From positions 9,816 through 73,815 of the forward strand of contig DDUN01000006.1 in assembly GCA_002344825.1 (NCBI GenBank): 64,000 nucleotides of DNA. The letters run 5' to 3'. Under the pieces are notes generated by a model. It was not told where the DNA came from, made no database searches, and was given only the letters and a program-made list of their open reading frames with translations. The DNA is from Candidatus Multiplicimicrobium inquinatum. Its GTDB lineage: Bacteria > Omnitrophota > Omnitrophia > Omnitrophales > Aquincolibacteriaceae. The position numbers and the translations under genes are program-made. This document shows positions 55,337-64,000 of the stretch, one piece after another. Each line of letters starts with the position of its first letter. Positions within the stretch are counted from its first letter, which is position 1.

Positions 55337-56149
55337 TTGATTATGAAAATTTCAAAAAAAATCGGATTAATCGGCTGCGGGAATATGGGTTCCGCTATTT
55401 TACAGGGAATTTTAAAGAATAAAGTTTGCCGTGGTTCCGATGTGTGGATTGCGGACAAAATGCACGGCAAAGTAAAAGAGTTTTGTAGAAAAAATAAGTG
55501 CCGCGCGGCTCAAAATGCGGCCGAAGCCGCTCAAAGTGCGGATATTATTATTTTAGCCGTTAAACCGCAAGATTTTCCGGAAACCGCGTCCGCGATTCGG
55601 CCTTTTTTAAATTCCCGTAAAACAGTGATCTCTATTTTGGCCGGAGTTCAAATCGCGGGACTTCAAAAACAGCTTGGCTCAGCCGTCGTTGTGCGCGCGA
55701 TGCCGAATTTAGGCGCCATTGTCGGCGCCTCCGTGACGGCGATTTGCTCCAAAAATAAATCCGCGGTTAATTCCGCGAAAAGCCTCTTTGAAGCTTGCGG
55801 GGCGGTTACGGTGCTGAATGAAAAACATTTTGATGCTGTTACCGCGGTGAGCGGAAGCGGACCGGCTTATTTCTTTTTGATGATGGAATTATTGCAGGCT
55901 TTTGCCGAAGCGAACGGAATTGACCCGCGGTCAGCGCGCGCGCTTGCGGTTCAAACCGCGTTAGGAGCCGGAAAACTTGCCGCAGCAAGCGCGGAATCGC
56001 CGTCGGTTTTGCGCGAACGCGTGACTTCAAAAAAGGGAACTACGGATGCGGCCTTAACTGTGTTAAAATACCGCAAGTTTCCCAAAACTTTTTTTGAAGC
56101 TCTGAACGCGGCAGTGAAACGCAGCCGTCAGTTAAGCGGAGCAAAGTAA
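55337..56149 (+). CDS. proC: pyrroline-5-carboxylate reductase
   Basis: Shows the Rossmann motif GLIGCGNMGSAI and a P5CR C-terminal dimerisation domain. Confidence 0.85.
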   Translation: MIMKISKKIGLIGCGNMGSAILQGILKNKVCRGSDVWIADKMHGKVKEFCRKNKCRAAQNAAEAAQSADIIILAVKPQDFPETASAIRPFLNSRKTVISILAGVQIAGLQKQLGSAVVVRAMPNLGAIVGASVTAICSKNKSAVNSAKSLFEACGAVTVLNEKHFDAVTAVSGSGPAYFFLMMELLQAFAEANGIDPRSARALAVQTALGAGKLAAASAESPSVLRERVTSKKGTTDAALTVLKYRKFPKTFFEALNAAVKRSRQLSGAK

Positions 56150-56175
56150 GATTTCTTTTTTTTTGAGGAGCTGTT

Positions 56176-56472
56176 TTGTTCATACTCGGAGAAATTCTTA
56201 ACGGATTAGCTTTTATCATTCAAGCCGTTGTCACGGTTTTGATGTGGATTATCATCATTCAAGCCGTTTTGACTTGGGTTTTAAGTCCCTATCATCCTTA
56301 TGTTCAGCTTTTGGCGCAGGCCTCCGACCCTGTCCTTAAGCCTTTTCGCCGTTTACCCCTGACGGTCGGAACTTTTGATTTTACCCCGTTGGTTGCTGTG
56401 GTTGTTCTGCATGTCATTAAGAATATCTTGCTTCGTATTATCATGATGGGTGTCCAGTATTTCGGAACCTGA
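56176..56472 (+). CDS. yggT: YggT family membrane protein
   Basis: Two TM helices in the YGGT pattern. A TTG start has GAGGAG 5 nt upstream. Confidence 0.7.
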   Translation: MFILGEILNGLAFIIQAVVTVLMWIIIIQAVLTWVLSPYHPYVQLLAQASDPVLKPFRRLPLTVGTFDFTPLVAVVVLHVIKNILLRIIMMGVQYFGT

Positions 56473-56476
56473 TTTT

Positions 56477-57328
56477 ATGCCCTCAAAACCCAATCAAATT
56501 TATCAACCCCGGGTACTCAAGCAAATTGACGCCTGCGTTCGTGCCATTCGTAAAAAAACCAAGTTAAAACCCGATTTTTGCTGTGTTTTGGGGACGGGGT
56601 TGGGAAGCTTAGCGAAGCAGGTTAAGCCCGTGGCGGTTTTTGACTACTCAAAACTCCCGCATTTTCCGGCGACAACCGTGAAGTCACATCGGGGACAATT
56701 GGTTTTGGGAGAATTGGAAGGCCGGCGCGTGGCAATGTTGGAAGGCCGTTTTCATTTGTATGAAGGATATTCCGCGGACGAAGTTGTTTTTCCGGTGCGG
56801 GTTTGCCGCTTTCTGGGAGCGTCTTCCTTGATTGTAACCAATGCTTCCGGCGGACTTAATCCCGCTTATCAGCGCGGCGAATTGGTTGCGATTCAGGATC
56901 ATATTAATTTTTTGGGAGTGAATCCTTTAACCGGTCCCAATGATGAGCGCGTGGGTCCGCGATTTCCGGATATGTCTGAGCCTTACGCGCATGATTATTT
57001 GAAAACCGTCCGCAAGGCCGCGCAGTCTTTAAAATTAGATTTGCGAGAGGGTGTTTATTTGGCGATTCAGGGACCGAATTTGGAAACCCGCGCGGAATAT
57101 CGTATGATTCGTGCTTGGGGTGCTGATTTGGTCGGTATGTCAACCGTGCCGGAAGTGATTGCTGCGGTGCATGCGGGGATGAAAGTGTTGGGATTGAGCG
57201 TGGTAACCGATTTATGTGACCCTGAAAATTTAAAGCCCGTGGATATCAAAGAAATTATCAAGGTAGCTAATCAAGCCGGACCGAGATTAGATAAATTGAT
57301 CCGTCAATTTTTAAAAAGTAATTCGTAA
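56477..57328 (+). CDS. purine nucleoside phosphorylase (PNP/MTAP family 2)
   Basis: Carries [15 protein letters not shown] and the phosphate/ribose-binding motifs. The ATG at 56477 was preferred over the start that overlaps yggT. Confidence 0.75.
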   Translation: MPSKPNQIYQPRVLKQIDACVRAIRKKTKLKPDFCCVLGTGLGSLAKQVKPVAVFDYSKLPHFPATTVKSHRGQLVLGELEGRRVAMLEGRFHLYEGYSADEVVFPVRVCRFLGASSLIVTNASGGLNPAYQRGELVAIQDHINFLGVNPLTGPNDERVGPRFPDMSEPYAHDYLKTVRKAAQSLKLDLREGVYLAIQGPNLETRAEYRMIRAWGADLVGMSTVPEVIAAVHAGMKVLGLSVVTDLCDPENLKPVDIKEIIKVANQAGPRLDKLIRQFLKSNS

Positions 57329-57330
57329 TT

Positions 57331-60249
57331 ATGGAAACACCGAAGAAAAGCTACAAAGAAACGCTGAATTTGCCGGATACGCCGTTTGCCATGAAGGCAG
57401 GTTTAGCTCAGCGTGAGCCCGGGATGTTGGCGGCGTGGGAGCAAGAGAAGCTTTACGCGCGGATTCGCGGCAAATCAAAAGGCCAGCCCAAGTATGTCCT
57501 GCATGATGGTCCTCCTTACGCGAACGGGCAAATTCATATTGGCCACGCTTTGAATAAAGTCCTCAAAGACATTATCGTGAAATTTGAAACTATGCGCGGA
57601 TTTGACGCGAAGTATGTTCCGGGATGGGATTGCCACGGTCTTCCGATTGAGGTGCAATGCCTGAAAGAAATAGGTAAAAGCAAAGATGAAGTGAACCCCG
57701 CGGAATTTCGCAGACAAGCCCGCCAATACGCGCAGAAATATATTGCGATTCAAAAAGAAGAGTTTAAACGGCTGGGTATTTTTGGCGACTGGGATCATCC
57801 GTATTTAACCATGAACTTCAGCTATCAAGCCAAAATCGCGGACGCCTTTTTTACGCTGTTTGAAAAAGATTACATTTTCCGAGGAGAAAAACCGGTTTAT
57901 TGGTCCACGGGTTGTGAAACCGCGCTCGCGGAAGCTGAGCTGGAGTATCAGGATAAAGTTTCCAAAGCGATTTTTGTAAAATTTCCCATTCATGAAGCCG
58001 GTGCCAAACAGCTTAAGTTTTTGCAGGATTGCGGAGCGGATCCGAAGCTGCCCTTGTCTTTTTTGATTTGGACGACTACTCCCTGGACTTTACCCGCGAA
58101 CGTCGGCGTTGCCGTCAATGAGGAGATGGAATACGGGTTTTATGTTTTTCCCGGTAAGGATATTTTTATTTTTGCCAAGTCTTTGGAAGAAAAACTGAAA
58201 ACCAAAATGGGCTGGACGGATTATCAATGTGTCCGGACCGTCAAAGGGGAAGCATTGCAGAAAATGTTTCCCGAGTATCAGCATCCCTTTCTTGAGCGCG
58301 AAGGAAAAGTGATTTTAGCGGACTATGTTTCTGATGAAGAGGGAACGGGTTTGGTGCATATCGCCCCCGGACACGGAGAAGAAGATTATGTTTACGGGCA
58401 TTTGAAAAACAATCTTGAAATTTTATCGCCCGTGGATCACCGCGGCCGTTTTACGGATGATTTTGGAGATGTGAAAGTAAAAGGAATCGGTGTTTTTCAG
58501 GCCAATGACCTTATTATTCAATATCTTGAGCAGAAGAACATTTTGCTCAAAGTAGAAAATCACGCGCATTCTTATCCTTATTGCTGGCGTTCGAAAACGC
58601 CGGTGATTGTCCGCGCGACACCGCAATGGTTTATGAAAATTGACCATGATGATTTGCGTAAAAAAATGCTGCACGCGGTTTACGGGGAAATTAAGTTTAC
58701 TCCCGATTGGGGTGTCAATCGCATCGGCGGAATGCTTGAAACCCGTCCCGAGTGGTGTTTGTCGCGTCAGCGTCTTTGGGGCGTTCCGATTCCTCTGGCG
58801 GTCTGTGAAGATTGCGGCGCGCCGCATATGACCCCCGGGTTCAAGAAACGGGTTTTGGATTCATTTCAGGAAAAAGGCGCCGATGCTTGGTTCCAGCCTT
58901 ATGTTTCCTCTGAGCCTTCGGCTCAACCGATGGAACCGGCCGCGTATTTTCTGGGCGAAGGCGCGGTTTGTGCTTCTTGCGGATCCAAAAACTTACGCTT
59001 AGAAAAAGATATTTTGGATGTGTGGTTTGATTCAGGTTCAAGCCATCACGCTGTTTTGCGTGAAGACCCTGAACTCCATTATCCGGCGGATTTGTATTTG
59101 GAGGGCTCTGATCAGCATCGCGGCTGGTTCCAAAGTTCTCTGACCGTTGCCATGGGGCTTTCCGGCGAAGCGCCCTTCAAGGCTGTTTTGACGCACGGAT
59201 TTGTTATGGATGGCGAAGGCCGCAAAATGTCAAAATCAGCTGGTAACGTGGTTGTGCCGCAAAAAGTTATTCAGGAGTATGGCGCCGATATTTTACGTCT
59301 TTGGGTTTCATCCTGCGATTATCAGTTCGATGTCCGTCTTTCATACGATATGCTGAAGCAGCTCGCGGACGCTTACCGAAAAATCCGAAACACCATGCGT
59401 TATACGCTTGCCAACTTATATGATTTTAAATTTTCCGAGAATGCGGTCTCGGAAGCCGACATGCACCCGCTTGATTTATGGGCTTTGGGGCGTGTCCGTG
59501 AATTAGCCGGCCGTGTCACGGAGGCGTATTCCAGTTTTCAGTTTAATCAGGTTTACCGCGAGATTTATCATTTTTGCGTTACGGAATTGAGTGCTTATTA
59601 TTTTGATATTTTAAAAGATACGCTTTATGTCCATTCTCCGAACGCGTGGATTCGGCGCTCCGCCCAAACGGCATTGCATGAAATTTACGGAACCATCGTG
59701 AAGCTTTTGGCTCCGATACTTGTTTTTACGGCGGATGAAGCTTGGCGTGTTTACCGGACGGATGAATCGGTTTCAATTCATGAGAGCTCTTGGCCTGCGG
59801 CAGCCGCGATGGATTTTGAGGATAAAACGAATTGGGACTGGATTCGCGAACTGCGCGATGTGGTGACTCCTTTTCTTGAAACCGTCCGCGAAGCAAAAAT
59901 GATATCCGCGAATTTGGAAGCCGAAGTAAGGCTGTTTTCATCTGATGCGGATCTTCAAGCTTTGCTTAAGAAATATGCGAGACATTTGCCTCGTGTTTTT
60001 GTGGTTTCAAAAGTTGATGTTACTTCGGACGGCTGGGAAGGTGAACCGGTAAAAGTCAATTGGAAGAGTTTGGGCCGTGAAATGTCTTTACAGGTCGCGG
60101 TCGCGCATGCCGGAGGGCAAAAATGCGTGAGATGCTGGTCTTATCACGCGACGCTGGGCGGTAATCCTGATCATCCTGAGATTTGCGAGCGATGCGCGGA
60201 CGCACTCGCCAGGCTGGATCTCGAGCCCGGAAAAGGGGAAATGCGTTAA
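57331..60249 (+). CDS. ileS: isoleucyl-tRNA synthetase (with a C-terminal zinc-binding domain)
   Basis: Has HIGH ([12 protein letters not shown]), KMSKS and a C-terminal CxxC...CxxC. Confidence 0.95.
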   Translation: METPKKSYKETLNLPDTPFAMKAGLAQREPGMLAAWEQEKLYARIRGKSKGQPKYVLHDGPPYANGQIHIGHALNKVLKDIIVKFETMRGFDAKYVPGWDCHGLPIEVQCLKEIGKSKDEVNPAEFRRQARQYAQKYIAIQKEEFKRLGIFGDWDHPYLTMNFSYQAKIADAFFTLFEKDYIFRGEKPVYWSTGCETALAEAELEYQDKVSKAIFVKFPIHEAGAKQLKFLQDCGADPKLPLSFLIWTTTPWTLPANVGVAVNEEMEYGFYVFPGKDIFIFAKSLEEKLKTKMGWTDYQCVRTVKGEALQKMFPEYQHPFLEREGKVILADYVSDEEGTGLVHIAPGHGEEDYVYGHLKNNLEILSPVDHRGRFTDDFGDVKVKGIGVFQANDLIIQYLEQKNILLKVENHAHSYPYCWRSKTPVIVRATPQWFMKIDHDDLRKKMLHAVYGEIKFTPDWGVNRIGGMLETRPEWCLSRQRLWGVPIPLAVCEDCGAPHMTPGFKKRVLDSFQEKGADAWFQPYVSSEPSAQPMEPAAYFLGEGAVCASCGSKNLRLEKDILDVWFDSGSSHHAVLREDPELHYPADLYLEGSDQHRGWFQSSLTVAMGLSGEAPFKAVLTHGFVMDGEGRKMSKSAGNVVVPQKVIQEYGADILRLWVSSCDYQFDVRLSYDMLKQLADAYRKIRNTMRYTLANLYDFKFSENAVSEADMHPLDLWALGRVRELAGRVTEAYSSFQFNQVYREIYHFCVTELSAYYFDILKDTLYVHSPNAWIRRSAQTALHEIYGTIVKLLAPILVFTADEAWRVYRTDESVSIHESSWPAAAAMDFEDKTNWDWIRELRDVVTPFLETVREAKMISANLEAEVRLFSSDADLQALLKKYARHLPRVFVVSKVDVTSDGWEGEPVKVNWKSLGREMSLQVAVAHAGGQKCVRCWSYHATLGGNPDHPEICERCADALARLDLEPGKGEMR

Positions 60250-60250
60250 G

Positions 60251-61798
60251 ATGTCGTTTCATCTTCGTACGACTCAAGCCGTTCTCATCCGAAAGGCCAT
60301 GGTGGGAGCGGCTTTTTTTCTTTTAAGCGTTTTTTGTCTGAATACGCTCGCGGATTTAAAGCTGTTTGTTTTTCCGGCCGAGATACGCTTTTCTCTTTAC
60401 GCGATTGCCGCTTTTTTTTCCATTGCCGCCGCGTTATTGCTCAAGCCCGCGGACCGCGCGGCAAAACATGTTCTGCGTGATTATGTGATGCGCCGTGAGT
60501 GTTATTCTCACCTGGTTTTAGAAGAGCTTTCCGAAGAGCTTTTATCCGTGCTCAATCTGCGTGAGTTGGCCAACTTGGTTGTTAATTCGTTTGCTGAAGC
60601 CTTTCACCTCAGAACCTCAGCTTTGTTTGTTTTGCGTAACTGTGACGATGCATTTGAAGCGGTTTCGGCTTATGGCTGGTCCGCTTCGGATTTGAAAAAG
60701 GCAAAACTTTCAACGCATGGATTGTTGGGAGAAATTTTAAAGAAAAACGGAGAGCACACTCTTATCCGTAATATTTTGTTGAAGTCGGTACAGTGGCAGG
60801 ACGCTGCCAGTCTGGAAGATGAGTTTCGCGCTATTCAGGGTGCCTGGGTATTGCCCTTTTTATTCAAAGGCAAGCTGTTGGGTTTTCTGGCGTTTGGCGC
60901 GGAGTCTCCGGACCGTATTTTTGAGCAGGCCGATTTTAAATCATTTAGAAAGTTTGCGAGGCGTGTTTCGATTGCGCTTAATAACGCGCTGCAAGTTGAG
61001 TACTTAACCCGATTTAACGGAGAGCTTCAAGACGCACAGTCTCAGCGTTTTCAGGTTTCAAAACTCAAGGCCGTTTCCCAGCTGGCTGAGGGACTGGCGC
61101 ATGAAATTCATAACCCGTTGGCGATCATTTCCGGCAAAGCTCAGGTTCTCTTGTTTAAGAAAGACACTCCGGAGTGGGGAAAACAGGTTGAAGAAACTTT
61201 GTCGGTTATTATTCAGCAATCGAAACGGGCTGCCGATATTATACGGAAGGTCTTGGCATCGGTACGCGAGTCGCATTCCGCGGCCCGTGATCTTGAGATT
61301 CGGCAATGTGCTTTGGACGCGGCGGAGCTTTTGCGCTATCAGGCCGCTTTGAAACAAATAGAAGTGATCGTCGAAGGAGAAGCGTCTATCCGCTTTTTTG
61401 CGAATCCCGGCGATATGCATGAGATGTTTGCCGGGCTGATGCTCAATGCGGTTGAAATGCTCGGATCGCACGGCTGGGTTCGAATTCAAATTCAGGCGGT
61501 GCGTGATTCCGAAGCTGTTGAAATTCTGGTAACGGATAGCGGGCCGGGCGTTGAACCGGAATTGGTCGAACAAATTTTTGACCCTTTTTTTAAAACGCGG
61601 CATGAAGCGCTTGGATTGGGATTGTTTACGGTCAAGCATATTGTGCATCGGTACGGCGGAAGCATTCGCGCTGAGAGCCGGCTGGGCAAGGGGTTGATGT
61701 TTCAGATTCATTTACCCTTGAAGCGCCCTACGGAGCAAGTGATGATCGAAGCCCAAAGTTTGAATGGTTTAACCGAAACGATATCGGAAAGGAAGTAG
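60251..61798 (+). CDS. sensor histidine kinase (TM + GAF-like sensor + HisKA/HATPase)
   Basis: Shows the H-box (LAHEIHNPL) and the N, G1 and G2 boxes (VTDSGPGV, GLGLFTV). Confidence 0.8.
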   Translation: MSFHLRTTQAVLIRKAMVGAAFFLLSVFCLNTLADLKLFVFPAEIRFSLYAIAAFFSIAAALLLKPADRAAKHVLRDYVMRRECYSHLVLEELSEELLSVLNLRELANLVVNSFAEAFHLRTSALFVLRNCDDAFEAVSAYGWSASDLKKAKLSTHGLLGEILKKNGEHTLIRNILLKSVQWQDAASLEDEFRAIQGAWVLPFLFKGKLLGFLAFGAESPDRIFEQADFKSFRKFARRVSIALNNALQVEYLTRFNGELQDAQSQRFQVSKLKAVSQLAEGLAHEIHNPLAIISGKAQVLLFKKDTPEWGKQVEETLSVIIQQSKRAADIIRKVLASVRESHSAARDLEIRQCALDAAELLRYQAALKQIEVIVEGEASIRFFANPGDMHEMFAGLMLNAVEMLGSHGWVRIQIQAVRDSEAVEILVTDSGPGVEPELVEQIFDPFFKTRHEALGLGLFTVKHIVHRYGGSIRAESRLGKGLMFQIHLPLKRPTEQVMIEAQSLNGLTETISERK

Positions 61799-61803
61799 AA
61801 ACT

Positions 61804-62172
61804 ATGGTTAAAAAACTGCTTGTTGTGGATGATGAAGAAGAAATCTGTGATTTTCTCAAATCGTTTTTTGAAGACCGCCAATTTGAGGTGGAAACGGCTC
61901 ATTCGGGGATTCAGGCGATTGAAAAAGCCCGCAAGTTCGGACCGCATGTTATCTTACTTGATATTCAAATGCCCGAAATGGATGGATTGAAGGCTTTGAA
62001 GATTCTTAAAGAGGAAAATCCCAAGGTAAAAGTCATTATGGTTACCGCGGTTGAGACTCAGGAAAAAATCGAAGAGTCGATGCGGTTGGGCGCGGATAAT
62101 TACATTACCAAGCCTTTGAGTCTTGAATATCTTGAGAACGATGTTCAGGAAAAATTGAAAGGGCTTGTTTAA
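61804..62172 (+). CDS. single-domain response regulator (CheY-like receiver)
   Basis: LLVVDDEEE...ILLDIQMPEMDG...KVIMVTA. Confidence 0.85.
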   Translation: MVKKLLVVDDEEEICDFLKSFFEDRQFEVETAHSGIQAIEKARKFGPHVILLDIQMPEMDGLKALKILKEENPKVKVIMVTAVETQEKIEESMRLGADNYITKPLSLEYLENDVQEKLKGLV

Positions 62173-62227
62173 CCGGCGGGAACTTTTACGGCGCAGCGTC
62201 TGACGCGGCCGGGGGCTCGCGTTTTGG

Positions 62228-63469
62228 GTGGTCATGGATTACGAACGTATTTTGCGTGATGTCGCGAAGCTGATGGTGCGGCTTAAAAAGCCGAGCCGTC
62301 TTCTGAAAATGACAACACGTTTTATCGATAAAAATTTCCAACTAAATCACACCTCGATTGTTATTTGGGACGAGGCGCGTTCCCGCTATGCTTTTGCCGA
62401 CTCCAAAGGCAGACAAAAAATTCCCTCCGGATTTGTTAAGTTTGACCGCGAACACCCTCTTATTTCCTGGTTCTCTAAAACCCGCCGCTTTGTCAAAATG
62501 CCGAAAGATTATTTGTTGCGCAGTGACCTTGAAACCCAAATCGAAAAGGGCTTAAAAACAAATTCAGATTCGATGCGTGCTTTGCAAATTGTTTTGAAGG
62601 CGATGCAGGTGCTGAAAGCCCACGCCGTGATTCCGGCTTATTATAAGAGTGATTTATTGGGGATGCTGATTTTGGGCGCAAAAAAAGATGGGTATGGTTT
62701 TGAAGCGCGTGAGATTAGTTTTTTTCAGACGTTGGTTCAGGATTGTTCGATGGCGCTTAAAAACGCGGAATATCATCAGAGTTTGATCGACCGCAACAGC
62801 CAGCTTGAAAGCCAGTTGCGTGAAATTGAAAGTCTGCGGACCCGCGAACAGAAAAGATATTATGAAATTATCCGCTCATTGGCCCAGCAAGTTTATGCCA
62901 AGGACCCGTATACTTTCGGGCATATCGGACAAGTGGAACGCTTGGGCGTGATAACGGGCCGTGAATTGGGATTGGATATGGCCGGACGTTATAAAGACAT
63001 TTTATCCGCGGGACTTTTACTGCATGATGTCGGCAAGATCGGTATTCCGGACCATATTTTAAATAAGCCGGCGCGGCTGGATCCGGATGAGTGGAATATC
63101 ATGAAAACGCATGTAGATAAAGGCGCCCAAATTTTGGAGCCCTTAACTGATTTTAAAGAAGTTCGGGAAATTGTTTATTCACATCATGAGCGTTGGGATG
63201 GAACAGGATACCCGCGGGGGTTGAAGGGCGAGAGCATCCCGGTCGGAGCCAGAATCGTGTGCGTCGTCGATGCTTTTCACGCGATTGTATCCACCCGCTG
63301 CTATTCAAAAGGCCGGCCGATTGAGACTGCTTTTGAGGAGTTGCGCCGCTGTGCCGGAAGCCAGTTTGATCCGACCGTGGTGGAAGCTTTTATTACGGCT
63401 TTAACCAAGGAAATGAAGCGCCGGGGAACAGGTTTTTTCTACGACGGTGAAATTAAGCATACCGCCTGA
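62228..63469 (+). CDS. GAF-domain / HD-GYP phosphodiesterase (c-di-GMP)
   Basis: The HD motif (LLHDVGKIGIP) and the GYP motif (HHERWDGTGYP) are present. Confidence 0.8.
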   Translation: MVMDYERILRDVAKLMVRLKKPSRLLKMTTRFIDKNFQLNHTSIVIWDEARSRYAFADSKGRQKIPSGFVKFDREHPLISWFSKTRRFVKMPKDYLLRSDLETQIEKGLKTNSDSMRALQIVLKAMQVLKAHAVIPAYYKSDLLGMLILGAKKDGYGFEAREISFFQTLVQDCSMALKNAEYHQSLIDRNSQLESQLREIESLRTREQKRYYEIIRSLAQQVYAKDPYTFGHIGQVERLGVITGRELGLDMAGRYKDILSAGLLLHDVGKIGIPDHILNKPARLDPDEWNIMKTHVDKGAQILEPLTDFKEVREIVYSHHERWDGTGYPRGLKGESIPVGARIVCVVDAFHAIVSTRCYSKGRPIETAFEELRRCAGSQFDPTVVEAFITALTKEMKRRGTGFFYDGEIKHTA

Positions 63470-63576
63470 ATTTAGCCTTAAAATCGCTTGCTTGCCAGAG
63501 ACACCCTGAGTATAATCCGTCCGCCTTCGAACCTGTATGAAGAGGCTCGTCAACCTTTGTTTTGGGAGGAGCAACC

Positions 63577-64000
63577 ATGCCTGCAAAGAAAAAGTCGAAA
63601 AAGCCCGCAAAGATCGTCAAGGCTGTTAAAAAAACAGCTGTGAAAGTGGCTCGCCCTGTTGTTAAAAAGAAGCCGCAGCCGGCCGCTCCCGTGATTTCTC
63701 CTTCTAAGGTGAAAACAACCCTTTCCAAAAAGGAACTTGCTGAGTTCAAAGAGCTTTTGTTTGATATGCGCGCCAAGATTGTCGGAGATTTACAGCACTT
63801 AGAGTCCGACTCTCTCAAGAAAAGTACCGAAGAAATGACGGGTGATCACGCTGATATTATTGATACAGCGCAGGATGAATTCGAACGTGAGTTTGTTTTG
63901 AATTTAGCCGCCAATGAACAGCAGATTCTGAATAAGATTGACGTTGCCTTGCACAAAATCGGCGATGGCACTTACGGCATGTGTGAAAAGTACGGCACGC
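63577..64000 (+). CDS. DksA/TraR family protein with a Lys-rich N-terminal extension (3' end outside the window)
   Basis: The RBS GGGAGGAG precedes it. A coiled-coil region leads into ...KIGDGTYGMCEKYG, the start of the C4 zinc finger. Confidence 0.6.
   Translation, partial: MPAKKKSKKPAKIVKAVKKTAVKVARPVVKKKPQPAAPVISPSKVKTTLSKKELAEFKELLFDMRAKIVGDLQHLESDSLKKSTEEMTGDHADIIDTAQDEFEREFVLNLAANEQQILNKIDVALHKIGDGTYGMCEKYGT

Noticed and set aside
61058-61711. 217-aa minus-strand ORF
   Set aside because: It is antisense to the histidine kinase, whose H, N and G boxes read correctly on the + strand.

Overview
Bacterial chromosomal window (~47-48% GC), almost all genes on the + strand, probably from a diderm organism (LpxA and a porin-like outer-membrane protein are present). 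The content is mostly housekeeping. A partial dnaE 3' end is followed by a secreted hypothetical protein and a YqaJ-like exonuclease. Next come HU, a CspA-like protein, and an rsmE-mtaB-cvpA-dnaG-rpoD block. tRNA-Met, a porin-like outer-membrane protein, a TPR lipoprotein and RNase P RNA (rnpB) follow. A complete Bacillus-type pyr operon (pyrR-pyrB-pyrC-carA-carB-pyrK-pyrD-pyrF) is preceded by a promoter and an attenuator-like terminator. After it come tRNA-Gln, an RRM/RGG RNA-binding protein, tRNA-Leu, manB/manC, uppP, an acyl-CoA dehydrogenase, cysI, nfu, a PilZ-membrane protein, scpA/scpB, pheA-hisC-tyrA, rpsA, fabF and lpxA (minus strand). A 1969-aa secreted giant protein of unknown function sits alone between lpxA and tyrS. 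It is followed by tyrS, a GldA/F/G-like ABC system with a DUF4340-like partner, yggS-proC-yggT, a purine nucleoside phosphorylase, ileS, a histidine kinase / receiver / HD-GYP cluster and a partial dksA-like gene. I found no CRISPR array, transposase or integrase. The most unusual content is non-coding. First, a short hairpin motif of consensus CTCTG-stem-loop-stem-CAACCGGC occurs at least seven times, with compensatory stem changes, 3' of highly expressed genes and twice in the pyr leader. Second, a ~90-130 nt intergenic repeat family carries a GGCGTA/TACGCC hairpin with a variable loop. Third, a ~90 nt repeat is found downstream of two tRNA genes. Fourth, a perfect inverted 27-nt copy of the tRNA-Leu 3' end forms a ~210-bp imperfect palindrome. 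The giant protein has an unrecognised architecture, internal repeats built around R-S-E-[AV]-R, and a possible TraB/GumN/Tiki-like N-terminal region; it is the best protein-level candidate for something undescribed.
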